The notes below the pieces were generated by a model. It had not been told where the DNA came from, did not search any database, and worked only from the letters and a program-made list of their open reading frames with translations. Both the position numbers and the translations under genes were made by a program. Shown one piece after another: positions 28,920-39,290 of a stretch of DNA of 64,000 bases. Numbering within the stretch: position 1 is the stretch's first letter; every line of letters starts with the position of its first letter. The DNA lies in NCBI GenBank assembly GCA_001314655.1, contig LJSF01000014.1, positions 1 through 64,000 of the forward strand, written 5' to 3'. The stretch comes from Rhodobacteraceae bacterium HLUCCA08 (lineage in GTDB: Bacteria > Pseudomonadota > Alphaproteobacteria > Rhodobacterales > Rhodobacteraceae).

Positions 28920-29528
28920 TCAGCCGCGCGCTGCGGTCACGATCGCGACCGCCCGGGCCACCGCCGTGTCGATGTCCAGCGCGCTGGTGTCCAGCAGCAC
29001 CGCGTCCTCGGCCGGACGCAGCGGCGCCGTGGCGCGGTCGCTGTCGCGGGCGTCGCGGGCCTTCACATCTTCCAGAACCGCGTCGTATTCGACGGCCAGG
29101 CCTTGGTCCTGCAGCTCTTTGCAGCGCCGCGCGGCGCGGCATTCGGGGCTGGCGGTGACGAAAATCTTCACCTGCGCCTCGGGGCAGATCACCGTGCCGA
29201 TATCGCGCCCGTCCAGCACCGCGCCCCCGGACCGGCGCGCGAAAGAGCGTTGGAAGTCAAGCAGATGCTCGCGCACCTGGGCGATCACCGCGACCTTGGA
29301 GGCCGCCTGGGCCACACCCGGGCTGCGCAGATCGTCGCGCTCCAGGTCCTCGGCCCGGATGTCCCGCGCCGCCGCGACGGGGTCCATGCCCTCCAGCATC
29401 CGCGCCCCGACCACGCGATACAGCAGCCCGGTATCCAGATGCGCCAGCCCGAAATGCGCCGCCACGGCCTTGGAAATCGTCCCCTTTCCGGCCGCGGCCG
29501 GCCCGTCGATCGCGATCGTGAAGCTCAT
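28920..29528 (-). CDS. cmk: Cytidylate kinase
   Basis: The P-loop [13 protein letters not shown] is present in a 202-aa protein. Confidence 0.9.
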   Translation of the reverse strand: MSFTIAIDGPAAAGKGTISKAVAAHFGLAHLDTGLLYRVVGARMLEGMDPVAAARDIRAEDLERDDLRSPGVAQAASKVAVIAQVREHLLDFQRSFARRSGGAVLDGRDIGTVICPEAQVKIFVTASPECRAARRCKELQDQGLAVEYDAVLEDVKARDARDSDRATAPLRPAEDAVLLDTSALDIDTAVARAVAIVTAARG

Positions 29529-30007
29529 CCCGCCTCCCTCCGCATCGCCCAGATCATCGCCATCAAAGCGCTGAAAAGGCTTGCGAATTTCGCCTTGGTA
29601 AAGGCGCTGGACGTGGCGACGAGTTCGGGCTGCAGGACCGTGACGAAGGTGACTTGATGGATCGCCCGATCCTCGGCCAGGTCCAGCACCGCATAGGTCG
29701 CCGCCAGCAGCGCCACGATGCCCCGCACGATCGGCGCGCGCCAGCCCATCAGCGTGATCCAGGTGGCCAGCAGCACGACAAGGGCCGGGTCCAGGACCCG
29801 CAGGATATAGCCATAGCTCGCCGCCGCTTCTTCGGTCAATGACGTGACAAAAGGTTCAATTTTTTCAACATCATAGCCAAGCACATGGAAATCCGGCGGC
29901 CAGTATCCCGCAGCGCCCGGAATGACCGAGAACCAGGTCAGCGCCCCGATCCACAGATACAGGCCCAACGCCGCGCCCCCGGTGATCCGACGCGACAGGC
30001 GCAGCAT
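29525..30007 (-). CDS. Hypothetical integral membrane protein
   Basis: 160 aa with 4 predicted TM helices. Its start overlaps the cmk stop. Confidence 0.5.
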   Translation of the reverse strand: MLRLSRRITGGAALGLYLWIGALTWFSVIPGAAGYWPPDFHVLGYDVEKIEPFVTSLTEEAAASYGYILRVLDPALVVLLATWITLMGWRAPIVRGIVALLAATYAVLDLAEDRAIHQVTFVTVLQPELVATSSAFTKAKFASLFSALMAMIWAMRREAG

Positions 30008-31359
30008 CAGTGGTTCGCCCGCTCGACCCGCGCGCCAAGGGCCGCCATCAGCGGCTCGAACACCGGGAAAGACGTCGCGATCGGCCCGCCATCATCGACG
30101 CTCACCGGTTTTTCGCTGGCCAGGCCCAACACCAGGAACGACATGGCGATCCGGTGATCCAGCCGGCTTTCAACCGTCATCCCCCCGGAAACATTTCCGA
30201 ATCCACGGCCATGAACGATCCACCAATCCTCGCCCTCCTCGACCTCGACACCCGCCTTGCGCAGCCCCTGCGCCATGGCGTCGATCCGGTCGCTTTCCTT
30301 CACGCGCAATTCGCGCACGCCCCGCATGACCGTCGGCCCTTCGGCGAAGGCCGCGACAACGGACAGGACGGGATATTCGTCGATCATGCTTGCCGCACGC
30401 TCCGGCGGAACCTCTATCCCTTTCAGATCGGGGGAAAATTTCGCGCGCAGATCGGCCACCGGCTCGCCCCCCTCCTCGCGGGGGTTCTCGAAGGTCAGGT
30501 CGGCGCCCATCTCCTGCAGGGTGGTGAACAGCCCGGCGCGGGTCGGGTTCAGGCCGATATTGGGCACCAGCACGTCCGAGCCTTCGACGATCAGCGCCGC
30601 GCAGACCGGGAACGCCGCCGAGGACGGATCCCGCGGCACCACGATGTCCTGCGCCCGCAATTCGGGCTGACCGGTCAGGGTGATGACCCGCCCCTCATCG
30701 GTGTCCTCGACGGTCAATTCGGCGCCGAAGCCGACCAGCATCCGTTCGGTGTGATCCCGTGTCGCCTCGCGCTCGATCACCACTGTCTGCCCCGGCGCGT
30801 TCAGCCCGGCCAGCAGCACCGCCGATTTCACCTGGGCCGACGGCACCGGCACAACGTAGCGCACCGGCACCGGGTCCGCCGCGCCGGTGATCGTCATCGG
30901 CAACCGCCCGCCCCTGCGGCCATGGGCCCGGGCGCCGAACAGGGCCAGCGGGTCGGTCACCCGCGCCATGGGCCGCGCACACAGGCTGGCATCCCCGGTG
31001 AAGGTCGCGCTGATCGGGCAGGTCGCCATCGCCCCCATGATCAGCCGCACCCCGGTGCCGGAATTGCCGCAATCGATCACCTGCTCGGGCTCGGCGAAGC
31101 CACCGGTGCCGACCCCGTGCACCGACCATTCACCGCCGCCATGGTCGGCCAGCTCGGCCCCGAAGGCCCGCATCGCCCGGGCGGTGTCCAGCACGTCCTG
31201 ACCTTCCAGCAGGCCGGTGATCCGGGTCTCGCCGACGCTGAGCGCCCCGAGGATCAGCGATCGATGGGAAATCGACTTGTCGCCGGGCACATGCGCCACG
31301 CCATGCAGCGGCCCGGCCTTGCGGGACATCATCGGGATCGGATCGCCATGGCCGGACAT
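30007..31359 (-). CDS. aroA: 3-phosphoshikimate 1-carboxyvinyltransferase (EPSP synthase)
   Basis: LGNSGT-like ([10 protein letters not shown]) and RPM motifs are present. The start at ATG 31357-31359 is preceded by GAGAGG. The ORF track's 5' extension is not supported. Confidence 0.9.
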   Translation of the reverse strand: MSGHGDPIPMMSRKAGPLHGVAHVPGDKSISHRSLILGALSVGETRITGLLEGQDVLDTARAMRAFGAELADHGGGEWSVHGVGTGGFAEPEQVIDCGNSGTGVRLIMGAMATCPISATFTGDASLCARPMARVTDPLALFGARAHGRRGGRLPMTITGAADPVPVRYVVPVPSAQVKSAVLLAGLNAPGQTVVIEREATRDHTERMLVGFGAELTVEDTDEGRVITLTGQPELRAQDIVVPRDPSSAAFPVCAALIVEGSDVLVPNIGLNPTRAGLFTTLQEMGADLTFENPREEGGEPVADLRAKFSPDLKGIEVPPERAASMIDEYPVLSVVAAFAEGPTVMRGVRELRVKESDRIDAMAQGLRKAGVEVEEGEDWWIVHGRGFGNVSGGMTVESRLDHRIAMSFLVLGLASEKPVSVDDGGPIATSFPVFEPLMAALGARVERANH

Positions 31360-31493
31360 ATCGCGCCTCTCGTTCTGGTCGCCTGCCTGATAAACCGGCA
31401 ACCCGTTAGCGTCCACACCTTGCGGCATGTCGACACCACCCCGGCTCGATCCTGGCGGACAACTCCGGGGTCCGGGGCAGAGCCCCGGGGGGG

Positions 31494-32204
31494 TCACGCC
31501 CGCCGGAACGTCAGGTAATGCGGCACCCGGCCTTCGCGCAGGGCCTTCTGTTCATAGCGGGTCGAGATCCAGTCCCCCCAGGGCCGCCGCCAGTCGCCCG
31601 GTCCCTCGGCCAGCCAGTCGAACCCATGGCCCGGCACCTGTTCCAGCGTCTGGCGCACGTAGTCGGCAATATCGGTTGCGACGCGGAATTCGGCCCCCGG
31701 TTTCAGCGCCCGTGCCAGCGGGTCCAGGTAATCCGGGGTGACGAAGCGCCGCCGGTGGTGACGTTTTTTCGGCCAGGGATCGGGATAAAGCAGGAACGCC
31801 TTGTCGATGCTTGCCTCGGGCAGCACGTCGAACAGGTCGCGCACATCGCCGGGGTGGACGGCCAGGTTCGTCACCCCGGCCTTGCGGATCTTGCCCAGCA
31901 GCATGGCGACGCCGTTGATATAGGGCTCGCAGCCGATGATGCCGATATCGGGGTTCAGCGCCGCCTGGTGCACCAGGTGCTCGCCACCGCCGAATCCGAT
32001 TTCGAGCCAGACCGGGCGATCCCCGAACAGGGCGCGCAGGTCAAGCGGCGCGCGCTGCGGGTTCACGTCCCAATCCACCGGGCCGGGCGACAGCTTGGCC
32101 AGATCCTGTTCCAGCCAGGCCTCCTGGCTGGACCGAAGGCCCTTGCCCTTGATCCGGCCATAGAAATTGCGCCAGGGCGCCTTGGGATGCTTGCCGTCGG
32201 TCAT
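31494..32204 (-). CDS. trmB: tRNA (guanine46-N7)-methyltransferase
   Basis: The SAM-binding region [11 protein letters not shown] is present. The start is taken at MTDGKHP (ATG 32202-32204). Confidence 0.8.
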   Translation of the reverse strand: MTDGKHPKAPWRNFYGRIKGKGLRSSQEAWLEQDLAKLSPGPVDWDVNPQRAPLDLRALFGDRPVWLEIGFGGGEHLVHQAALNPDIGIIGCEPYINGVAMLLGKIRKAGVTNLAVHPGDVRDLFDVLPEASIDKAFLLYPDPWPKKRHHRRRFVTPDYLDPLARALKPGAEFRVATDIADYVRQTLEQVPGHGFDWLAEGPGDWRRPWGDWISTRYEQKALREGRVPHYLTFRRA

Positions 32205-32254
32205 GAGCCGGGGATGTAGCCGGCCCCGCACGCGGCTGCAATGCGCGACATCGG

Positions 32255-32320
32255 CCAAGGGGCCCAAGATCCTTGGCCCAAGGATCTTGCAAGGATTTTA
32301 TATAAAATCCTTGCCCGGCG
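32255..32320. promoter_or_regulatory. Cluster of perfect palindromes (GATCCTTGGCCCAAGGATC; CAAGGATTTTATATAAAATCCTTG) between metK and trmB
   Basis: Both are seen directly. The second has an AT-rich TATATA core, which is unusual in this GC-rich genome. The site could be a bidirectional terminator for metK, an operator or promoter for trmB, or both. Confidence 0.45.
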
Positions 32321-32361
32321 CCCGACATGGCCCGGGGCGCCCCGGTCCATCGCCGGTCCGC

Positions 32362-33528
32362 TCAGACCGCCTTTTTCAGCGCCTCGACCAGGTCGGTCCG
32401 TTCCCAGGAAAACCCGCCATCGGCCTCGGGCTCGCGGCCGAAATGGCCATAGGCGGCGGTGCGCTGGTAGATCGGGCGGTTCAGGCCCAGATGCTCGCGG
32501 ATGCCGCGCGGGGTCAGGTCCATCACCTGCGGGATCGCCGCCTCGATCGCGGCGGGCGCGACCTCGCCGGTGCCGTGGGTGTCGACATAGATCGACAGCG
32601 GCTTGGCCACGCCGATCGCATAGGACAGCTGCAAGGTGCAGCGCCGGGCCAGGCCCGCGGCGACCACGTTCTTGGCCAGGTAGCGCGCCGCATAGGCCGC
32701 CGAGCGGTCGACTTTGGTCGGATCCTTGCCGGAAAACGCGCCGCCGCCATGGGGCGCGGCACCGCCATAGGTGTCGACGATGATCTTGCGGCCCGTCAGG
32801 CCGGCATCGCCATCGGGGCCGCCGATCACGAAGGTGCCGGTCGGGTTGACCCACCATTCGGTCTTGTCGGTGATCCAGCCGCTGGGCAGGACCTCGCGGA
32901 TATGGGGTTCGACGATGGCGCGGATATCGTCGCTGGTCTGGTCCTCGCTTTCGTGCTGGGTCGACAGCACGATCGAGGTCACCTCGACCGGCTTGCCATC
33001 CTCGTAGCGCAGGCTGATCTGGCTTTTCGCATCCGGCTTCAACGTCGGTTCGGCGCCGGATTTGCGCAGCTCGGCCAGGCGGCGCAGGATCGCGTGGGAA
33101 TACTGGATCGGCGCCGGCATCAGCTCGGGCGTTTCATCGACCGCATAGCCGAACATGATCCCCTGGTCGCCGGCCCCGTCCCGGTCCACGCCCTGGGCGA
33201 TGTGGGCGGATTGCTCGTGCAGGAAGTTCAGCACATGGCAGGTGTTCCAGTGAAACTTTTCCTGTTCATAGCCGATGTCGCGGATGCAATCGCGGGCGAT
33301 ATTGCCGATATCGCCCATGAAGACCTTGAGCCGCTGCGGATCGGACAGACCGACCTCGCCGCCGATCACCACCATGCCCGAGGTCGCGAAGGTCTCGCAG
33401 GCCACCCGGGCATTCGGCTCTTCGGCCAGGAAGGCATCGAGGATCGCGTCCGAGATCCGGTCGCAAACCTTGTCCGGATGCCCCTCGGAAACGGATTCCG
33501 AGGTGAAGATGTAGTTGTTGCGGGCCAT
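32362..33528 (-). CDS. metK: S-adenosylmethionine synthase
   Basis: [27 protein letters not shown] is the canonical MetK N-terminus. Confidence 0.95.
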   Translation of the reverse strand: MARNNYIFTSESVSEGHPDKVCDRISDAILDAFLAEEPNARVACETFATSGMVVIGGEVGLSDPQRLKVFMGDIGNIARDCIRDIGYEQEKFHWNTCHVLNFLHEQSAHIAQGVDRDGAGDQGIMFGYAVDETPELMPAPIQYSHAILRRLAELRKSGAEPTLKPDAKSQISLRYEDGKPVEVTSIVLSTQHESEDQTSDDIRAIVEPHIREVLPSGWITDKTEWWVNPTGTFVIGGPDGDAGLTGRKIIVDTYGGAAPHGGGAFSGKDPTKVDRSAAYAARYLAKNVVAAGLARRCTLQLSYAIGVAKPLSIYVDTHGTGEVAPAAIEAAIPQVMDLTPRGIREHLGLNRPIYQRTAAYGHFGREPEADGGFSWERTDLVEALKKAV

Positions 33529-33606
33529 GGGGAGTGCTCCATTGGGGGTTTCCGCGCCTCGCCAGGAAGCCGTTGAGGCGGGTTGTTCCGGGTTCCGGCA
33601 TTTCGC

Positions 33607-35157
33607 CTATCCGGCGACCCCGGAAAGGTCAACGGCAAAGCGGCGGCGGGCCAATGCAAGGCCCAGCGTGCAGAGCGCGAGCAACAGCAGCAGCGGCCGA
33701 TCGCCGGTCCGGGCATATAGCGGCGGCGGCAGCACGCCGGGCAGGCGCGCGTCCAGATACCCCGCCTCGCCCAGCGGCAGCGATGCGACGATCCGCCCGC
33801 GCGCGTCGATCATCGCGGAAATGCCGGTATTGGCGGCGCGGATCATCGGCAGGCCCTGCTCGATCGCCCGGGCCTGCGATTGCACCAGGTGCTGGCGCGG
33901 GCCGGCATGATCGCCGAACCAGGCGTCATTGGTCAGCACCATCAGCAGGTCGGGGCGGCCCGACCCAAGGTCGATCTCTTCTGGAAAGATCCCCTCGTAG
34001 CAGATCAGCGCCCGGACCCGGCCCAGGGCCGCGACCTCGACCAGGTCCGGATCACCGCCCGGGGTAAAGCCGCGTGCCAGGTCCGCCACCCCGGTCAGGC
34101 CCAAGGGCTCCAGCACCCAGGACAGCGGCACGTATTCGCCGAACGGGACCAGGTGGGCCTTGTCGTAGGTCGCCGTCACCTCGGCCTCGGGTGAAATCAC
34201 CACCAGCGCATTGTGGAAGGCATCGCCCGCGCCCCGGCGCTGGATCCCGGCGACGATCTCGGCCCCGCGCCCGGCCCGGGCCATCTGGGCCAGCCAGGGC
34301 TCGGCGAAGTCCAGCAGAGCGGGGATCGAGGTTTCGGGCCAGACCACCACATCCGGCGGCACGCCCTGCGCCGTCAGCCCCACGGCCCGGTCGAAAAAGA
34401 CCGGCATCCAGGCCACGTCCCATTTCAGGTGCTGCGGCGCGTTGGGCTGCACGATCCGCACCATCGGCGCGTCGGCCACGGCGCCCGGCGCCTTCGGCGT
34501 GATCGCCGCCAGCCCGATCACCGCAACCAGCACCGCGACCAGCCCGGGCCAGATCAGCGTCCAGCCGCGGGCCAGCGACAGCGCAATCGCCCCGGCGACG
34601 GCCAGCAGCAGCAGCGACGTCCCATGCGGACCGATCCAGGCCAGCAGGTGATCGGCAGGCGTGCCGACGATGCTGTAGGACAACTGCGCCCAGGGAAAGC
34701 CCGACAGCACATGCGCCCGGGCCAGTTCCGCCCAGGCCAGCATCACCGGCAGGGCCAGCAAAAAAAGCGGCCCGCGCGGCACCAGCCTGCGCGCCGCCCA
34801 GAACGCGGCGCCCCAGAACAGCGCCAGCCCGCCGCACATGCCGATCACGGCAAAGGGGATCATCCAGCCGTGTTTCAGCGGATCGACAAGGAACGGCTCC
34901 ACGATCCAGCGCAGGGTGACGGCGAAATAGCCCGCGCCGAAGGCCCAGCCGACCCAGGCCGCCTGCTGCGCGGACAGGGCGACGCTTGCACGAAAGACGA
35001 CCGCCAGGCAGGTCAGCACCAGCACCCAGGGCACCGCGATCGGCTCGTGCGCGAGCGCCAGGACGGCACCGACCAGGAAGGCCGTGCCCAGCCGCTGCCA
35101 GCGCGTCCAGCCCAGCACCGACGCCCAGACCCGCGCGGCCCGGGCCGCTTCAGCCAC
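33607..35157 (-). CDS. lnt: Apolipoprotein N-acyltransferase
   Basis: It has an N-terminal polytopic membrane domain and a C-terminal CN-hydrolase domain, in 516 aa. Confidence 0.8.
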   Translation of the reverse strand: MAEAARAARVWASVLGWTRWQRLGTAFLVGAVLALAHEPIAVPWVLVLTCLAVVFRASVALSAQQAAWVGWAFGAGYFAVTLRWIVEPFLVDPLKHGWMIPFAVIGMCGGLALFWGAAFWAARRLVPRGPLFLLALPVMLAWAELARAHVLSGFPWAQLSYSIVGTPADHLLAWIGPHGTSLLLLAVAGAIALSLARGWTLIWPGLVAVLVAVIGLAAITPKAPGAVADAPMVRIVQPNAPQHLKWDVAWMPVFFDRAVGLTAQGVPPDVVVWPETSIPALLDFAEPWLAQMARAGRGAEIVAGIQRRGAGDAFHNALVVISPEAEVTATYDKAHLVPFGEYVPLSWVLEPLGLTGVADLARGFTPGGDPDLVEVAALGRVRALICYEGIFPEEIDLGSGRPDLLMVLTNDAWFGDHAGPRQHLVQSQARAIEQGLPMIRAANTGISAMIDARGRIVASLPLGEAGYLDARLPGVLPPPLYARTGDRPLLLLLALCTLGLALARRRFAVDLSGVAG

Positions 35158-36034
35158 CCGAACGGCCCTGCAGCCGCACGCGCAATCGCTTGATCCGGCG
35201 GGGGTCGGCCTCCACCACCTCGAATTCCGGGCCGTCTGGATGGGGGATCACCTCGCCGCGCGCCGGAACATGGCCGGCCAGCATGAAGACCAGCCCGCCC
35301 AGGGTGTCGATCTCTTCCTCGTCGATCTCGTCATGATGGGTCAGCGGCATGCCGATCTCGGCCTCGAACTCCTCCAGCGGCGCGCGGGCCTCGGCCATGT
35401 AGACGCCGGGCTTTTCCTGGTGCCAGGGGGTATCCTCGGCGGTGTCGTGTTCGTCCTCGATCTCGCCCACCACCTGTTCCAGCAGGTCCTCGATCGTGAC
35501 CAGCCCGTCGGTGCCGCCATATTCGTCGATCACCAGCGCCATGTGGATCCGCTCGGCCTGCATCTTTTGCAGGAGCACGCCCAGCGGCATCGACGGCGGC
35601 ACATAGATCAGCGGCCGGATCAGGGCGGACAGGTCGAACGCCGCCTCGTCGCCGTTGAAACCATGGATCAGGGCCACGTCCTTGAGGTTGACGAAGCCCA
35701 GCGGCGTATCCAGCGTGCCGTCGAAGACCGGCAACCGGGTGAACCCGCTGTCGCGGAACACCTGCACCAACGCCTCCTGGTCGATCCCGACCGGCACGGC
35801 GGAAATCTCGGCCGTGGGGATCATCACGTCTTCGACCCGCAGCCGGCGCAGGTTGACCATGCCGGGCATCGGCGCCTCCGCAGCGGGGGCCACTCCGTTC
35901 ACGGGATCAAGCGTATCCGAAGGAGACAGGGCATCGACGATACGGCTGAAAAAGCCGCGTTCACTGGCAGGTTGCTGAGGATCACCCGGCGCGCCACGCG
36001 CCGCGTTAGAAGACCCCTCGGGGGTATCGCCCAT
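35150..36034 (-). CDS. corC: CorC/HlyC-family transporter-associated protein (CBS pair plus CorC_HlyC domain)
   Basis: CBS domains and the C-terminal transporter-associated domain are present. The conserved ybeZ-ybeY-ybeX-lnt order supports the call. Confidence 0.8.
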   Translation of the reverse strand: MGDTPEGSSNAARGAPGDPQQPASERGFFSRIVDALSPSDTLDPVNGVAPAAEAPMPGMVNLRRLRVEDVMIPTAEISAVPVGIDQEALVQVFRDSGFTRLPVFDGTLDTPLGFVNLKDVALIHGFNGDEAAFDLSALIRPLIYVPPSMPLGVLLQKMQAERIHMALVIDEYGGTDGLVTIEDLLEQVVGEIEDEHDTAEDTPWHQEKPGVYMAEARAPLEEFEAEIGMPLTHHDEIDEEEIDTLGGLVFMLAGHVPARGEVIPHPDGPEFEVVEADPRRIKRLRVRLQGRSGG

Positions 36035-36091
36035 CGTTTCTCTCTCACTGGCGGGCGCTGGATCGGGGCGGCCCGCGAAGGCCCCATGCGG

Positions 36092-36577
36092 TCAATATGG
36101 GTCAGACAGCCCCAGTTTGCCAAGTATCTCGACCTCAAGTCCCTCCATAAGCGCGGCATCGGCGTCACGCTCGTGGTCGAAACCCAGCAGATGCAGGATG
36201 CCGTGCACGGTCAGATGCGTCACATGGTCCGCTAGCGGCTTGCCCGCCTCGGCCGCCTCGCGGGCGCAGGTTTCCCAGGCGATGGCGATATCGCCGAGTT
36301 CCGGATCGGCCGGATCGGGCGGCAAGGGCATCTCACCCGTCCCGGCCGCGCCGCGGTCCTCCGAGGGCCAGGACAGCACGTTGGTCGGCTGCGGCTTGCC
36401 CCGGAAATCGGCGTTCAGCGCGGCGATGCGGGCATCGTCGCAGGCCAGCAGCGCGATCTCGAAGGCGGCGGGCTCCAGCCCCAGCCGCTCCAGCGTCGCC
36501 GCCTCGGCCCGTTCGGCCAGCGCGGCCAGGTCCAGCGCGGACCAACTCTCCGCTTCGATCAGGACATCGATGCTCAT
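36092..36577 (-). CDS. ybeY: Endoribonuclease YbeY (rRNA maturation factor)
   Basis: The metal-binding motif HGILHLLGFDH is present. Confidence 0.9.
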   Translation of the reverse strand: MSIDVLIEAESWSALDLAALAERAEAATLERLGLEPAAFEIALLACDDARIAALNADFRGKPQPTNVLSWPSEDRGAAGTGEMPLPPDPADPELGDIAIAWETCAREAAEAGKPLADHVTHLTVHGILHLLGFDHERDADAALMEGLEVEILGKLGLSDPY

Positions 36578-36963
36578 CGCGCACGGGAACCCGACCAGGC
36601 GATCAACCCGGCGATCGCGACCGGCACGAAAAGAAGCCCCTGCGGAAGATCGCCAAGCCCCGCCCCCGTGAGCGGCACAGCTGCCAGTCCGGCCAAGGCG
36701 AAGACCGCCGCCATGGCACTGGACAGGATCATGCTCCCGGCATCGCGCTGCAGGGTCGCCACGGCGAATGATACCGCCATCAGCAACAACAGCCCGGTCA
36801 CCATGTGCCAGACCATCCAGGCCGGGGCGACGACCTCGACCGGCAGATCCGACGCCCTGAGCGGTCCGGCGACCTCGGCTCCGCCGACGAAGGTGTGCAC
36901 CAGGAACCAGGCCAGCGACAGCCCTGCCGCCAGCCAGCCGGCGATCCTAGCTTGCCGCGTCAT
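36574..36963 (-). CDS. Hypothetical membrane protein
   Basis: I take the start at ATG 36961-36963 (MTRQARIAGWLAAG...), which overlaps the phoH stop by 17 bp. There are 3-4 TM helices. The ORF track's longer version overlaps phoH extensively. Confidence 0.45.
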   Translation of the reverse strand: MTRQARIAGWLAAGLSLAWFLVHTFVGGAEVAGPLRASDLPVEVVAPAWMVWHMVTGLLLLMAVSFAVATLQRDAGSMILSSAMAAVFALAGLAAVPLTGAGLGDLPQGLLFVPVAIAGLIAWSGSRAR

Positions 36964-37960
36964 CGGCGTCGTAGGCCTCGATGATCGCGGCGACCAGCGG
37001 GTGACGCACCACGTCCTTGGCGGTGAAATAGTTGAAGCTGATCTTGTCGATCCCGCCCAACAGCCGTTCCGCATCGGCCAGACCCGAGGCGACACCGCGC
37101 GGCAGGTCGATCTGGCTGCGGTCGCCGGTGATGACCATCCGCGACCCCTCGCCCAGGCGGGTCAGGAACATCTTCATCTGCATCGTGGTGGCGTTCTGCG
37201 CCTCGTCCAGCACGACGAAGGCATTCGACAGCGTCCGGCCGCGCATGAAGGCCAGAGGCGCGATCTCGATCTTCTTGTCCTCGATCAGCTTGGCGACCTG
37301 CTTGGAGGGCAGGAAATCGTTCAGCGCGTCATACAGCGGCTGCATGTAGGGGTCGACCTTGTCCTTCATGTCGCCCGGCAGGTAGCCCAGCTTTTCGCCG
37401 GCCTCGACGGCGGGGCGCGACAGGATGATCCGGTCGACCAGCCCGGCCAGGAACATGTTCACCCCGACGGCGACCGCCAGATAGGTCTTGCCGGTGCCGG
37501 CCGGGCCGATGCCGAAGGCCAGCTCGTGCTCGAACAGGGCCTGGACATAGGCCTTTTGCGCGGCGGTGCGCGGCTCGACCATCTTCTTGCGGGTCTTGAT
37601 CTCGACCCGGTCGCGGGGCAGCAGATCCAGCTGGTCGCCGGCCAGGCCGCCCGGTTCGGGCGTTGTGCCGCCCAGGCGCAGTTCGCGGTCGATATCGCCC
37701 GGTTCAAGCGCCCGACCGACCTCGAGCCGTTCATAAAGCGCGGTCAGAACGTCGGCCGCCTGCTCCCGGGCGGCAGCGGGGCCGTGTATGGTCAGCCGGT
37801 TGCCGCGGCGCAGGATCTGCACGCCCAGTTTCAGCTCGATCTCGGCCAGATGGCGGTCATGTTCTCCGCACAGATCGATCAGAAGGAAATTGTCGGGAAA
37901 CTCGAGCACGACCTCGACCGGTGGGCCATCGGCAGTTGCCGCGAGTGGGGCGATCGTCAA
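36947..37960 (-). CDS. phoH: PhoH-family ATPase
   Basis: Walker A GPAGTGKTYLA and the PhoH signature are present. Confidence 0.9.
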   Translation of the reverse strand: MTIAPLAATADGPPVEVVLEFPDNFLLIDLCGEHDRHLAEIELKLGVQILRRGNRLTIHGPAAAREQAADVLTALYERLEVGRALEPGDIDRELRLGGTTPEPGGLAGDQLDLLPRDRVEIKTRKKMVEPRTAAQKAYVQALFEHELAFGIGPAGTGKTYLAVAVGVNMFLAGLVDRIILSRPAVEAGEKLGYLPGDMKDKVDPYMQPLYDALNDFLPSKQVAKLIEDKKIEIAPLAFMRGRTLSNAFVVLDEAQNATTMQMKMFLTRLGEGSRMVITGDRSQIDLPRGVASGLADAERLLGGIDKISFNYFTAKDVVRHPLVAAIIEAYDADDAAS

Positions 37961-38126
37961 ATCACGCTCCGGATTGCGTTTTCATTCGGGCCGAGTGTGA
38001 CAACTGGCCAGTCACAACGCAACAGGTTGCGACGGATGTCACCAAAGTTTCTTGGTCCCGAACCGTCGGCCGACGCAGATCGGGCGGCCCAGGGGGCCGC
38101 CCGTTTCATGTGTTTCGCATTTCGCG

Positions 38127-38480
38127 TCAATCGCGGACACGCGGGACGCGGTCGGCGATGCCCTCGTTCGAGCCTATGTCCCCCACGACCGAATTCGGCG
38201 GCGCGATCTCGGTGCAGACCGGCAAGCCGGAAACCGGGTCGCGCCGACGGGACCAATAACCTTCCAGACCGTCATCGATCATCCAGATATGGCAGCCATC
38301 GGGATCGATGTAGATGCCCGCCTCGAGCTGCGCCAGGCTGCCGGAATCGCGCCCGCCATCCGCGCCGATGGCCAGAACCGGCGCCGGACCGGTCGCCCGC
38401 GTCGTGCCTTCGATGCCGATACAGCCCGAAACAAGACCGGCGCAGCCGACGAGGACCGAGGTTTTCAATGCTTTTTTCAT
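38127..38480 (-). CDS. Small lipoprotein sharing an N-terminal 'IDPDGC...W...DGG.EGY' module with the adjacent OmpA-family gene
   Basis: The start MKKALKTSVLVGCAGLVSGC gives a lipobox. The motif GIYIDPDGCHIWMIDDGLEGYWSRRRDPVSGLPVC follows. Confidence 0.6.
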   Translation of the reverse strand: MKKALKTSVLVGCAGLVSGCIGIEGTTRATGPAPVLAIGADGGRDSGSLAQLEAGIYIDPDGCHIWMIDDGLEGYWSRRRDPVSGLPVCTEIAPPNSVVGDIGSNEGIADRVPRVRD

Positions 38481-38493
38481 GTCCCTCATCCCT

Positions 38494-39051
38494 TCAGCGG
38501 TAACACACGATTTCGACGCGACGGTTCTGCTGCATGCCGGCTGCGGTCGCATTGGTCGCGACCGGCCGTCGTTCGCCATAGCCGATCTCGCGCGCGACAC
38601 GCGCCCCGACCGACCGCGCCACATCCGCCACCGCGGCGGCGCGGCGCTGGCTGAGCGACATGTTGTATTCGTCGGACGCGCGGCTGTCGGTATGACCATA
38701 GATCGCGTAGGCAAAGGCCCCGGCCGACCGAAAGAACTCCTCGAGCGAGGCGCGGCCGGCATGGGTCAGGCGCGCGCTGTCGGTGTGGAACAGCACATCG
38801 CTGTTGCTGACCGCACAGGTATTGACATCCATACAGACCGGCATGCCGTCGACCGGGTTGACCCGGCCTTCCATGTAGCCTTCGACGCCACCATCGGCGA
38901 CCCAGTGCATGCAGCCATCGGGGTCGATCCATATGCCCGGCTCGACCCGGCCGGTCACGTCTTGCGCCTGCGCCGGTGTCGCCAGCGTGACCGCGGCGAC
39001 GGCTATCGCCGCGACCAGACCCAACGGTCCCATCACATTGTACTTGTTCAT
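38494..39051 (-). CDS. OmpA-family protein (N-terminal IDPDGC module plus C-terminal OmpA peptidoglycan-binding domain)
   Basis: It has a signal peptide, GIWIDPDGCMHWVADGGVEGYMEGRVNPVDGMPVC, and a C-terminal ...GHTDSRASDEYNMSLSQRRAAAV...NRRVEI. Confidence 0.75.
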   Translation of the reverse strand: MNKYNVMGPLGLVAAIAVAAVTLATPAQAQDVTGRVEPGIWIDPDGCMHWVADGGVEGYMEGRVNPVDGMPVCMDVNTCAVSNSDVLFHTDSARLTHAGRASLEEFFRSAGAFAYAIYGHTDSRASDEYNMSLSQRRAAAVADVARSVGARVAREIGYGERRPVATNATAAGMQQNRRVEIVCYR

Positions 39052-39290
39052 CTTCGACACGCCTCTTTCCTTGACTGGCCCCGATTTTTGACGGCGCCTT
39101 GTCACAAGCGCCCACTTTGCCCCATTATCTTCCAACGGATAACAAATTTTGGTCAAATTTAAAGGCGAAAAGACCATATATTGTGTCTGAAGCAGCGACA
39201 AACGGCGCATCGCGGCAACACTGTTGACCCTGCGTCGGTAAAACCGTCACAAAGCCAATACCTTGCCCTGCCGCACCGGGGGACGCCCCG

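Noticed and set aside
26945-29158. 737-aa plus-strand ORF
   Set aside because: It is entirely antisense to rpsA and cmk and its amino-acid composition is low-complexity and R/G/A-rich. It is a GC-skew artefact of a high-GC genome.
33529-33606. SAM riboswitch in the metK leader
   Set aside because: I could not recognise SAM-II, SAM-V or SAM-I consensus elements by eye in the 78-nt leader. This should be rechecked with Infernal rather than asserted.
36668-38503. 611-aa plus-strand ORF
   Set aside because: It is antisense to phoH and ybeY, which are strongly supported. Its translation is low complexity.
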